Source: an uncultured Actinomycetota bacterium (GTDB lineage Bacteria > Actinomycetota > Actinomycetes > Streptosporangiales > Streptosporangiaceae). From it: DNA of 64,000 nucleotides. Both the position numbers and the translations under genes were made by a program. The stretch is taken from contig CAWAFD010000004.1 of NCBI GenBank assembly GCA_963781225.1, forward strand, positions 32,353 through 96,352, written 5' to 3'. Position 1 is the first letter of the stretch, and each line of letters opens with the position of its first letter. A model generated the notes under the pieces. That model did no database searches. It saw nothing but the letters and a program-made list of their open reading frames with translations, and was not told the DNA's origin. Below, one piece after another: positions 28,067 to 37,182 of the stretch.

Positions 28067-30289
28067 GTGGAAGCAATGACTTCGTTCGCCGCGGACCGGG
28101 CCCGCCGGACGACCCAGGTCGACCGGTGGCTCGCGGAGCTCCTCGGTGCCGAGGCCGGCGTGGCCTTGGTGGCCGTCGGCGGCTACGGGCGCCGGGAGCT
28201 GCTTCCCCGCAGCGACCTTGATGTTCTGCTGCTGCACAGCGGCCGGGACGACATCGCCGCCATCGCGGACCGGATCTGGTACCCGGTCTGGGATTCCGGC
28301 GCGGAGCTCGATCACGCAGTGCGTACCGTGCCGCAGGCCCGGCGGGTGGCACGGAGCGACCTGAAGGTGGCGCTCGGGCTGCTGTCCGCCCGGCACGTGG
28401 CCGGCGACCCGGACCTGACCGAACGGCTCCGGGCCGGCGCCCTGGAGGACTGGCGGTCAGCCGCGCCCGCGCGGCTGGCCGAGCTGCACGCCTCCCACGA
28501 CGAGCGCGCCCGGACCAGCGGTGAGCTGGCCTTCCTGCTCGAGCCGGACCTCAAGGAGGCCCGCGGCGGGCTGCGCGACGTACACGCCATCCAGGCGGTA
28601 GCGGCCGCGTGGGTGGCGCCCGCCCCTGGCCCCAAGGTCCGCACCGCGTACGAGCAGATCCTGGACACCCGGCACGCCCTGCACGAGGTGACCGGGCGCC
28701 GCCTGGACCGGCTCGTGCTCGAGGAACAAGATGAGGTGGCTCGTGCCCTCGGGCTGCTAGACGGCGACGTGCTGTTGCGGATGCTGGCGGGCGCCGCGCG
28801 GACCGTCGCGTATGCCGTCGACCATGCCTTCCGCCAGTCCGACCGGCTCCGCGGCCGCCGCTTGCGGCGGCGCCGGGCCGAGCGCCGCCCGCTGGCCGAC
28901 GCCGTGGTCGAGCAGGACGGCGAGGTAGTCCTGGCCCGGGCGGCCGACCCGCTTAACGACCCTGGCCTGGTGCTGCGTGCCGCCGCGGCCGCGGCACAGG
29001 CCGGCCTGCCGCTGGCCCCGCGAACCCTGGACCGGCTGACTGAATGCCCGCCGCTGCCGGTGCCATGGCCCGCGGCCGCGCGGGACTCCCTGCTCGCGCT
29101 GCTCGGCGCGGGACAGGCCGCGGTCAGCGTGTGGGAGGCGCTGGACACCGAGGGCCTGGTGACCACGCTCATCCCAGACTGGGAGCGGATCAGGAACCGG
29201 CCTCAGCGCAACCCGCTGCATACGTTCACCGTCGACCGGCACCTGGCCGAGGCGGCCGCGCACGCGGCCGCGCTGACCCGCGAGGTCGCCCGGCCCGACC
29301 TGCTGCTGCTGGCGGCCCTGCTGCACGACGTGGGCAAGGGCTGGCCGGGGGATCACAGCGTGACGGGCGAGGTGGTGGCGCGCGACGTCGGCCGCCGGAT
29401 CGGCTTGCCCGCCGCCGACGTGGAGCTGGTCTCCTCTGCGGTCCGGCTGCACCTGCTGCTGCCCATGGTGGCCACCCGGCGTGACCTGGACGATCCGGTC
29501 ACGGTCAAGCAGGTGGCCACAGCCGTGCGCAGCCGGGTTCTGCTGGAGCTGCTGCACGCCCTGTCGATCGCCGACGGGCTGGCCACTGGGCCGGCCGCCT
29601 GGAACGACTGGAAGGCCACCCTCGTCGCCGACCTGGTACGGCGGGTGGCGGCCGTGCTCGACGGCGATCCCGTGCCCGCGCCGGCGCCGCTGCGCCCAGA
29701 CCAGCTGGAGCTGGTCTCCAGCGGCGTCCCGGCCGCCACCGTGCGTGGATCCGAGGTGACCGTGGTCGCGCCGGACCGGCCTGGCCTGCTGTGGCGGGCC
29801 GCGGGCGTGCTGGCCTCGCACCGGCTGACGGTCCGCAGCGCCAACGCGACCTCGATCGGGACCACGGCCGTGTCGGTGTTCGACGTGGAGCCGGAGTTCG
29901 GCGACCCGCCGGACGCCGCCCTGGTCGAGGCGGACCTGCGCCGGATGCTGCAGGGGCGGCTGGATGTGGAGGACCGGCTGGACCGCCGGGCCCGGGCTGT
30001 CCGGCCACGGGCCGCCTCGGTGCCCGCGCCCAAGGTCGCCCTCCTGGACGACGCATCCGACACCGCGACCGTGGTGGAGGTGCGGGCTCACGACGCGCCC
30101 GGCCTGCTCTGGCGGACCGGCCGGGCCCTGGGCGAATGCGGTCTTGACGTGCGCGCGGCCCGGGTGGAGACCCTCGGCGCCGAGGTGGTCGACGTGTTCT
30201 ACGTGACCGACGGCGACGGCAAGCCGCTGGCCGGCGAGGACGTCCGCCGCGCCACCGTGCACACCGTCCTGGCCGCGCTCGGTGACTAA
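28067..30289 (+). CDS. glnD: [Protein-PII] uridylyl/adenylyl-transferase GlnD
   Basis: Nucleotidyltransferase motif GGYGRRELLPRSDLDVLLL, HD domain LLHDVGKG, and two C-terminal ACT-like repeats. Confidence 0.9.
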   Translation: MEAMTSFAADRARRTTQVDRWLAELLGAEAGVALVAVGGYGRRELLPRSDLDVLLLHSGRDDIAAIADRIWYPVWDSGAELDHAVRTVPQARRVARSDLKVALGLLSARHVAGDPDLTERLRAGALEDWRSAAPARLAELHASHDERARTSGELAFLLEPDLKEARGGLRDVHAIQAVAAAWVAPAPGPKVRTAYEQILDTRHALHEVTGRRLDRLVLEEQDEVARALGLLDGDVLLRMLAGAARTVAYAVDHAFRQSDRLRGRRLRRRRAERRPLADAVVEQDGEVVLARAADPLNDPGLVLRAAAAAAQAGLPLAPRTLDRLTECPPLPVPWPAAARDSLLALLGAGQAAVSVWEALDTEGLVTTLIPDWERIRNRPQRNPLHTFTVDRHLAEAAAHAAALTREVARPDLLLLAALLHDVGKGWPGDHSVTGEVVARDVGRRIGLPAADVELVSSAVRLHLLLPMVATRRDLDDPVTVKQVATAVRSRVLLELLHALSIADGLATGPAAWNDWKATLVADLVRRVAAVLDGDPVPAPAPLRPDQLELVSSGVPAATVRGSEVTVVAPDRPGLLWRAAGVLASHRLTVRSANATSIGTTAVSVFDVEPEFGDPPDAALVEADLRRMLQGRLDVEDRLDRRARAVRPRAASVPAPKVALLDDASDTATVVEVRAHDAPGLLWRTGRALGECGLDVRAARVETLGAEVVDVFYVTDGDGKPLAGEDVRRATVHTVLAALGD

Positions 30290-30371
30290 TTGAGCCTCTG
30301 GCCTCAGGTAGCCCGTAATCGGCTGGCCATCCTGGACAACGTAACCCGGCCCGACCGGTAGCCTGGGTTCT

Positions 30372-32033
30372 GTGTTTGAGACCCTTTCTGACCGGCTGAC
30401 GCAGGTTTTTTCGTCCCTGCGAGGCCGCGGGCGGCTGACCGCAGCCGACATCGACGCGACGTGCCGTGAAATCCGTATCGCCCTGCTTGAAGCGGACGTC
30501 GCGCTCCCAGTCGTCAGGCAGTTCATCGCCCGGGTCAAGGAGCGAGCCAACGGCGAGGAAGTCTCCGCCGCGCTCAACCCCGCCCAGCAGGTCATCAAGA
30601 TCGTCAACGATGAGCTGATCGGCATCCTCGGCGGTGAGACGCGGCGGCTGCGGTTCGCCAAGATCCCGCCGACCGTGATCATGCTGGCCGGCCTGCAGGG
30701 CTCAGGTAAGACCACGCTGGCAGCCAAGCTCGGGCTGTGGCTGAAGAACCAGGGCAACACGCCCATGCTGGTCGCCGCCGACCTCCAGCGGCCGAACGCG
30801 GTCCAGCAGCTCCAGGTTGTCGGCGCGCGGGCCGGCGTCCCGGTATACGCACCGTCCCCCGGCAACGGGGTCGGCGACCCGGTGGCCGTCGCGCGGGACT
30901 CGCTGGAAGAGGCCAGGCGCCGTCAGCAGAACATGGTCATCATCGACACGGCCGGCCGCCTTGGCGTGGACGCCGAGATGATGGCCCAGGCCGTCGCGAT
31001 CAGGGACGCCACCCAGCCCGACGAGGTCATGTTCGTGGTCGACGCCATGATCGGCCAGGACGCGGTGGCCACCGCCCAGGCGTTCCTGGACGGGGTTGGC
31101 TACGACGGCGTCGTGCTGACCAAGCTCGACGGCGACGCCCGTGGTGGTGCCGCACTGTCCATCGTGGAGCTGACCGGGCGCCCGATCATGTTCGCGTCCT
31201 CGGGGGAGAAGCTCGAGGACTTCGACCTGTTCCACCCGGACCGGATGGCATCCCGGATCCTTGACCTGGGTGACATGCTCACCCTGATCGAGCAGGCCGA
31301 GAAGGCATTCGACGCCGACCAGACGGCCAACCTGGCCGGCCGGCTCGCCTCCGGCGAGGGCTTCACGCTCGAGGACTTCGTCGAGCAGCTGTCCATGGTG
31401 CGCAAGCTCGGCCCGATCGGGAACCTGCTCGGCATGCTTCCCGGCGCGGCCAAGAACCGTGAGCTGCTGAACCAGGTCAACGACAAGGACCTGGACCGCG
31501 CGGAGGCCATCGTCCGGTCGATGACGCCGGAAGAACGCCGCAACCCCAAGATCATCAACGGCTCCCGCCGGTCCCGCATCGCCAATGGCTCCGGCGTCGC
31601 CGTGGGTGAGGTCTCCCAGCTGGTCACGAACTTCTTCGAGGGCCAGAAGCAGATGAAGGCCATGTTCAACGGCGGCATCCCGGGCATGCCCCCGGTCCCC
31701 GGCCTGCGCGCGGCCCAGCGCGCCGCGACGAAGTCGGCCCGCAACAAGAAGAACAACAAGAAGAAGGGCTCCCGCAGCGGCGACCCGCGGCGCGCCGCCG
31801 AACTAGCCCGCGGCGGCTCCCAGGGCCAGGACGCAAACCAGCCAGGAGCCAACGCCCCCGCCCAGCCCGGCGCCGGTGGCCTGGGCAACCTTGGCGCCCT
31901 GCCCGGCGGCTTCCCGGAGGATCTGGCCGACCAGCTAGCTAACCTCCCGCCTGGCCTGGGGCTCCCGTCCCAGCCCCAGGGCAACATCCCCGCCGCCTTC
32001 CGCGGCGGCGACAAGCGCCGCAAGAAGAAGTAG
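30372..32033 (+). CDS. ffh: Signal recognition particle protein Ffh
   Basis: MFETLSDRL, GLQGSGKTT, DTAGR, TKLDGDARGG, an M domain, and a long basic/G-P-rich C-terminal tail. Confidence 0.95.
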   Translation: MFETLSDRLTQVFSSLRGRGRLTAADIDATCREIRIALLEADVALPVVRQFIARVKERANGEEVSAALNPAQQVIKIVNDELIGILGGETRRLRFAKIPPTVIMLAGLQGSGKTTLAAKLGLWLKNQGNTPMLVAADLQRPNAVQQLQVVGARAGVPVYAPSPGNGVGDPVAVARDSLEEARRRQQNMVIIDTAGRLGVDAEMMAQAVAIRDATQPDEVMFVVDAMIGQDAVATAQAFLDGVGYDGVVLTKLDGDARGGAALSIVELTGRPIMFASSGEKLEDFDLFHPDRMASRILDLGDMLTLIEQAEKAFDADQTANLAGRLASGEGFTLEDFVEQLSMVRKLGPIGNLLGMLPGAAKNRELLNQVNDKDLDRAEAIVRSMTPEERRNPKIINGSRRSRIANGSGVAVGEVSQLVTNFFEGQKQMKAMFNGGIPGMPPVPGLRAAQRAATKSARNKKNNKKKGSRSGDPRRAAELARGGSQGQDANQPGANAPAQPGAGGLGNLGALPGGFPEDLADQLANLPPGLGLPSQPQGNIPAAFRGGDKRRKKK

Positions 32034-32077
32034 CCCCCGCGACGGGTAGCTCCGGCGACGGTAGCCCCCGCGACGCC
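32031..32077. repeat. Three tandem ~15-nt units starting at the ffh stop codon
   Basis: tagcccccgcgacggg / tagctccggcgacgg / tagcccccgcgacgcc, with units starting at 32031, 32047 and 32062. Confidence 0.8.
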
Positions 32078-32123
32078 GTCCCCGTCCGCGTCACCTGCGC
32101 GCCCAGCATCGCCTTAGGTGATC

Positions 32124-32345
32124 CTGTGCCACCAGGGGCCGGTTCCGTGTGCCACTGGGTGCTGCTCCCATGATGATGTGCCGTTGGGTGTCGTTTCCGT
32201 GTGCCGCTGGGCGCTGCTCCCATGATGATGTGCCGTTGGGCGTCGTTTCCGTGTGCCGCTGGGCGCCTCTTCCATGATCTTGTGTCGTCCTGCGCCACCT
32301 TCTTGTGCCATCAGGCGCCATTCCCATGATCTTGTGCGATCAGGC
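32124..32345. repeat. Non-coding tandem repeat array, ~52-bp period, 2 near-identical plus about 2-3 degenerate units
   Basis: Units 32143-32194 and 32195-32246 are identical at 49 of 52 positions. Each unit holds two copies of the motif TGTGCC-NN-TGGG-YG. About 9 motif copies occur in total, at alternating spacing of about 23 and 29 bp. Confidence 0.85.
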
Positions 32346-32375
32346 GTCATTTTTGACGCCTTCTGGTCCACGATC

Positions 32376-33362
32376 TCAGGATGAGAAAGCCCCGGCCGGG
32401 CAGCCAGGAGAGCAGGATCGCAGAGTCCCAGTCCAGCCGCCGCGACGCAGGGCAGCGCCGATCAGCATGGCGCTCCGGCACCGGTGCTGCGTGACATCCG
32501 GCCAGCCAAACCTGAGCGTCGCGGTCCCGCGGGCCGTATTCGCATTGTCCCGCCGTATGTCGCTCCAGCGCTGGTCGGCGGGATGCGCCGCGTTCCCGTC
32601 GACCTCAGCGCACACGTTAAAGTCGGCGTACAGGTTATCGATGTACGTGGTGTTCGCCGTGCCGCCGGTCGCCCGTCTTCTGGCCTGCCGGGTCGCTCGC
32701 GGAAGCCCATGTGCCCGCTCGACGCCGGTCACATAACGTCGCTCAAGCACCGAGTGCACCCCCTCAGCGACGTCGGCCAGGGCCGCTGTGACCTCGGCTC
32801 GCCAGCGCATTCTCTTGCGCGCCGCGGCCGCCGCGGCCAGCATCGGCACGGTGGATCTCCGTCGGCCGACCGCACGGCAGATCCAGGTGAACGCCTCGTC
32901 GAAGTCCCGTGCCGCTTCCACCAGGTCGAGCACCGTCTCTTCGACCCGGGTCCGGGGTGGCGACAGTGACGGGTGCCGGGCCTGGTCGATTCGTGATGAC
33001 CTGCGGATAACGAGTCCGGCGATCTTCTGCCGTCGGGCCGGATTCTGCGTCGCGGGCACCGTAATGAAAATCTGATCGCGGGGCTGGTCAGCCAGTCCAT
33101 GCAGCTCGGCCGCGGTGTAGTGGCTCAGCGTCGCTCCCGGGCCAGCTCGCATGAGCGCGGCCCACAGCTCTGCCTGCCGTGGGGCCGGACCCGAGAAAGT
33201 CGCGTACACACCTCGTCCCAGACGCCGCCACTTCCCCGATGCCAGGCGGCGCCGGACGACATTTCGCGTCATACCTGCTTGCAGCACCTGCGGGCGTCCG
33301 GCCACCCCTGCCTGAAATTCAAGGGTGGCCGAAAAATCCGCTGCGGTGGGGGTCTCGTTCAT
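32376..33362 (-). CDS. AbiEi_4-like wHTH N-terminal domain + DUF559 (Vsr/restriction-endonuclease-fold) C-terminal domain protein
   Basis: N-terminus VLQAGMTRNVVRRRLASGKWRRLGRGVY plus LSHYTAAELHGL. C-terminus YIDNLYADFNVCAEVDGNAAH...RRDN...GWPDV. This architecture is abundant in actinobacteria and its function is uncharacterised. Confidence 0.65.
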   Translation of the reverse strand: MNETPTAADFSATLEFQAGVAGRPQVLQAGMTRNVVRRRLASGKWRRLGRGVYATFSGPAPRQAELWAALMRAGPGATLSHYTAAELHGLADQPRDQIFITVPATQNPARRQKIAGLVIRRSSRIDQARHPSLSPPRTRVEETVLDLVEAARDFDEAFTWICRAVGRRRSTVPMLAAAAAARKRMRWRAEVTAALADVAEGVHSVLERRYVTGVERAHGLPRATRQARRRATGGTANTTYIDNLYADFNVCAEVDGNAAHPADQRWSDIRRDNANTARGTATLRFGWPDVTQHRCRSAMLIGAALRRGGWTGTLRSCSPGCPAGAFSS

Positions 33363-33541
33363 GGCTCGACATCCTCAGGTCAGCTCCGGGATCTGCTACG
33401 AGCCCCGCGCACCCCTGGGGACAACGCCGCACGAACGAGCACCGCTGTGGCTAAGAGCGCTGTCCTGTCAGACCCCCGTGCTATACGGCGGCCCAGCCGG
33501 CCCAGCCCACCCAGCCCAGCCCAGCCGACGAGCAGCACCCA

Positions 33542-35146
33542 TCACTCCGGGTTGAGCGCCCGCACGGTGTCGATGGTGTCAGCCTCGGCGGCGCTCTTGT
33601 CCTCGCGATAACGCAGCACCCGGGCGAACCGGAGCGCCAGACCACCCGGGTAACGCGGGCTGCGCTGTACACCGTCGAACGCGATCTCCACGACCAGCTC
33701 GGGCCGGACGTAGACGGTGTAGGAGTCCCGATGGTCCTCCAGAGCCAGCAGGCGCTCGGTCTGCCAGCCGAGCAGTTCGTCGGTGAGGCCCTTGAACGTC
33801 TTGCCCAGCATCACGAAACCGCCCTTGGCGGGATCACGCGCCCCGAGGTGAAGGTTGGACAGCCAGCCACGGCGCCGCCCGTGTCCCCACTCGACCGCCA
33901 GCACGACTAGGTCGAGTGTGTGCCGGGGCTTGACCTTGATCCAGCTGGCCCCACGCCGGCCGGCCGCGTAGGCGGTGCTGAGGGACTTGACCACGACCCC
34001 CTCGTGCCCGTGCGCCAGCGCGTCGGCGAAGAACGTGGTCGCCTCCGCCGCCGAATCGGTGACCAGCCGCGGCATGAGCAGCTCACCCGGCACCGCGCGG
34101 GCCAGTACCGCGTGCCGCTCGTGATCCTCGGTGTCGATGAGGTCCACTCCCTCCAGGTGCAGCACGTCGAACAAGAACACCGACAGCGGCACCGCCGCCG
34201 CGCCAGCCGCCCCAGCACGAGCGCCACCCCCAGCCCCACCCCCAGCACGAGCGCCACCCCCAGCACGAGCGCCACCCCCAGCACGAGCGCCCACATCCAG
34301 GCTGGCGGTACGCGCCGCCGTGTCCTGGAACGGCAGCGGCCGCCCGTCCTCGCGCAGCGCGATCAGCTCCCCGTCCAGCACCGCGCTGGACAGCCCGAGC
34401 CCGGCCAGGACGGTCACTACCTCGGGCAGCCGGGCCGTGATGTCGTCCAGCGTCCGGGTGAACAGGCGCACCTGCCCGCCGGACACATGCGCCTGGATCC
34501 TGATGCCGTCGAGCTTCCACTCCACCGCGGCCGGGCTGCCCGCCTTGGCCAGTGCGTCGGCAATACTGGGGGCGCTGGAGGCGAGCATCGGCCGGACCGG
34601 CCTGCCGACCTCCAGACCGAACGATCCCAGCGCCTCGCTCCCGCCCGACAATGCGGCCGCGGCCACCGCGGCGAGTGAGCCGCGCAGCATCATGGCCCGC
34701 CGCACCTCGGTGACCGGCACCGACGCGGCTCTCGCCACCGCCTCGGTCATCACGCCCTCCAGCGCGCCCTGGCGCAGCTCGCCGGAGAGCAGTCCGATCA
34801 GGAACCGCTGCTCGCCGGCGGTGGCCCGGCCGAACAGCTCCCCGACCAGTGCCTTGCGTGCGGCCGCCGAACCCTTGCCGGACACCGCGCCGATCGCGGA
34901 GAAGCCCGCGTCCACCTCGGTCAGGGTGAGGGTGGGTGCGGCCGCCGGGGTGAACCCGTCCCGCAGCGTGGCCCAGCCCACGCCGATCTGCCGCTGCGGC
35001 AGCTCCCCGGACAGGTAGGCGACGGCGATCGGCACCTCGAGCGGCCCGGCCTCGCGCAGCGCACCGGCCAGCGTCTCGATCTTCGCCAGCCGGGCGCTGG
35101 CGGCGGCCACGGCCTGCGACACCTCAGCGATCTCAGTAAGCAGCAC
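33542..35146 (-). CDS. ligB: ATP-dependent DNA ligase (LigB / Lig I-like)
   Basis: N-terminal DNA-binding domain, adenylation motif [22 protein letters not shown], and an OB domain ([13 protein letters not shown]). Confidence 0.85.
   Translation of the reverse strand: MLLTEIAEVSQAVAAASARLAKIETLAGALREAGPLEVPIAVAYLSGELPQRQIGVGWATLRDGFTPAAAPTLTLTEVDAGFSAIGAVSGKGSAAARKALVGELFGRATAGEQRFLIGLLSGELRQGALEGVMTEAVARAASVPVTEVRRAMMLRGSLAAVAAAALSGGSEALGSFGLEVGRPVRPMLASSAPSIADALAKAGSPAAVEWKLDGIRIQAHVSGGQVRLFTRTLDDITARLPEVVTVLAGLGLSSAVLDGELIALREDGRPLPFQDTAARTASLDVGARAGGGARAGGGARAGGGAGGGARAGAAGAAAVPLSVFLFDVLHLEGVDLIDTEDHERHAVLARAVPGELLMPRLVTDSAAEATTFFADALAHGHEGVVVKSLSTAYAAGRRGASWIKVKPRHTLDLVVLAVEWGHGRRRGWLSNLHLGARDPAKGGFVMLGKTFKGLTDELLGWQTERLLALEDHRDSYTVYVRPELVVEIAFDGVQRSPRYPGGLALRFARVLRYREDKSAAEADTIDTVRALNPE
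34211..34294. repeat. 18-nt tandem repeat (~4.7 copies) inside ligB
   Basis: The unit cccagcacgagcgccacc encodes (GGARAG)n on the minus strand. It sits between [10 protein letters not shown] and [13 protein letters not shown]. Confidence 0.9.
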
Positions 35147-35236
35147 CCGAACATTCTGCCCAGGTCAGCGAGAAAACACAGGTCCGCGAGAAAACACAGC
35201 CCACCGAGAAAACACGGCCCACCGAGAAAAGCCAGC

Positions 35237-36310
35237 TCAGCTGGGGCGGCCGCCGCGCCCTCGCCGCCCCAGGCCCCGCCCACCGCCGCTGTCGGCGTCC
35301 CACAGCCAGTACCCGACCGGGAAGAGCCGCACGTGCAGGTGGTCGTCGACGAGGCCCCACAGGCCGCGCCGCGCGTAGATCGCAACCACGATGGCCACCA
35401 GTCCCAGGACGATCAGGTACCAGGCGTTGTAGTGCTGCAGCGTCTGCTGGAGCACCATGTACACGATGGTGCCGAGGATGGGGCCCTCGATGGTGCCGAG
35501 GCCGCCGATGATCACCGCGAACGCCATCTCGGCCGTCCACTGCACGCTGAATGCCGCCTCCGGCTGCACGCCCAGCTGGCTGATGGCCTGCACCCCGCCG
35601 GCCGCGCCGCAGCCGATCCCGGCGATGATGAACACCAGCATCCGGGCCAGCCCGACCCGTGCCCCGGAACTGCGGGCGGCGGTCTCGTCGTCCCGGATGG
35701 CGGTGAGGACCAGGCCGAGCCGGCCGCGCAGCAGCAGGTACATCCCGCCCAGCGCGATGACGGTGACGGCCAGTCCGGCCCAGTAGGTGTACGCGGTGAG
35801 CAGGGTCGAGCCGAAGCCGGACAGGCCGGGCATCGGCATGCCGGTGCCGCCGCCGATGGAGGAGAACCGTTCGATGATGAGCATGACGGTGGCGGCCAGC
35901 ACCCAGGTGCCGATGGCGAAGTACCCGCTGCGCAGCCGGGCGACCAGCCACCACAGCGGGATCGCGGCCACACCGCAGCCGATGGCCGCCACCGGCAGGG
36001 CGGCGAACGGCGAGATCCCGTTGATGGCCAGGATCAGCACGAAGTATGCCCCTAGGCCGACGAACGCCTGCTGGCCGACCGAGACCAGGCCGGCGTACCC
36101 CGCCAGCAGGTTCCACATGCTGGCCAGGGTGAGCACGACGAAGCCCTGGAGCAAGATGGTGGTGGTGCCGGCGTACACGATGTACGGGAGGAACGCGAGC
36201 ACCACGACCACCACGAGGGCACCCAGGCCCGTCCAGGCGACGTTGCGGCGCGAGCGGGTGACCCGGATATTTTCTGCCGAACGGGCTGCGGTCTGCGTCG
36301 TCACGGTCAT
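35237..36310 (-). CDS. livM: Branched-chain amino acid-type ABC transporter permease (LivM family)
   Basis: Multi-TM protein with the start at the ATG at 36310 (MTVTTQT), 2 nt after the livH stop. The longer ORF start at 36463 lies inside livH. Confidence 0.8.
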   Translation of the reverse strand: MTVTTQTAARSAENIRVTRSRRNVAWTGLGALVVVVVLAFLPYIVYAGTTTILLQGFVVLTLASMWNLLAGYAGLVSVGQQAFVGLGAYFVLILAINGISPFAALPVAAIGCGVAAIPLWWLVARLRSGYFAIGTWVLAATVMLIIERFSSIGGGTGMPMPGLSGFGSTLLTAYTYWAGLAVTVIALGGMYLLLRGRLGLVLTAIRDDETAARSSGARVGLARMLVFIIAGIGCGAAGGVQAISQLGVQPEAAFSVQWTAEMAFAVIIGGLGTIEGPILGTIVYMVLQQTLQHYNAWYLIVLGLVAIVVAIYARRGLWGLVDDHLHVRLFPVGYWLWDADSGGGRGLGRRGRGGRPS

Positions 36311-36312
36311 GA

Positions 36313-37182
36313 TTACGCCCTCCGGCCGGTCAGGCCCTGGGGCCGGACGACCAGCACCGCGAGCAGGACGAGATAGCCGGCCAGCACCTCGTACGAGATG
36401 TTGATCTGGGCGCCGATCTCCTGGGCCACGCCCAGGATCACCCCGCCGAGCAGCGTGCCCCACAGCGAGCCGAGGCCGCCGATCACCACCGCGGCGAACG
36501 CGAACAGCAAAATGGTGTCGGTGCCGGTGGTGGGCGCGAACTGGGAATACATGCCGTACGCGATGCCAGACAGGGCCACCGTGGCGAACGCGATCGCGGC
36601 CGCGATGCCGAACACGTGCCGGTAGTCCACCCCGGACAGCTGCGCCGCCTCGCGGTCGTCGGCCACGGCCCGGATCATCCGGCCGTACCGCGAGGCGGAA
36701 AGGAAGTACTGCAGGCCGAGCAGCACCACCACCGCGACCGCGAAGATCAGCACCAGCAGGTAGGCGATCTGGATCTGCGAGCCGATCGAGAACGACCCGG
36801 TGATGATGGAGTTACCGACCCCGAGGGCGTGGCTGTTGGCGTTGATGAACTGCAGCAGCCCGTTCTCGATCACGACCGAGAGCCCGAACGTGACCAGCAG
36901 GGTGGTGAGCACGCTGCGGTCAAGCGCGGCCTGGATCATGGTCCGCTGCAGGACATAGCCGAGCGCGGCCATGATCGGGACCACGATCACAAAGGACCAC
37001 AGCACCGGGATGTGCGTCACCGCGATCACCCCGAGCGCCACGTAAGCGCCCACGATGGCCAGGTCGCCGTGGGCCAGATTGACCACCTTCATGACCCCGA
37101 ACATGAGCGAGAGCCCGCAGGCGAACAGGGCGTAGAGGCCGCCGATCAGGATGCCCTGGATGATGTCGTTGACCCAGACCAT
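36313..37182 (-). CDS. livH: Branched-chain amino acid-type ABC transporter permease (LivH family)
   Basis: MVWVNDIIQGILIGGLYALFACGLSLMFGVMKVVNLAHG. Start at the ATG at 37182. Confidence 0.85.
   Translation of the reverse strand: MVWVNDIIQGILIGGLYALFACGLSLMFGVMKVVNLAHGDLAIVGAYVALGVIAVTHIPVLWSFVIVVPIMAALGYVLQRTMIQAALDRSVLTTLLVTFGLSVVIENGLLQFINANSHALGVGNSIITGSFSIGSQIQIAYLLVLIFAVAVVVLLGLQYFLSASRYGRMIRAVADDREAAQLSGVDYRHVFGIAAAIAFATVALSGIAYGMYSQFAPTTGTDTILLFAFAAVVIGGLGSLWGTLLGGVILGVAQEIGAQINISYEVLAGYLVLLAVLVVRPQGLTGRRA

Noticed and set aside
32124-32345. Possible CRISPR array.
   Set aside because: The repeat units are contiguous and degenerate with no unique spacers between them. No cas genes or leader are present in the window.
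32091-32371. Three overlapping minus-strand ORFs (31939-32298, 32091-32327 and 32114-32371) encoding repetitive H/G/T-rich peptides.
   Set aside because: They arise from the 52-bp tandem array. Because 52 is not divisible by 3, each unit is read in a different frame, all three frames are open, and no frame is preferred. This points to non-coding sequence.
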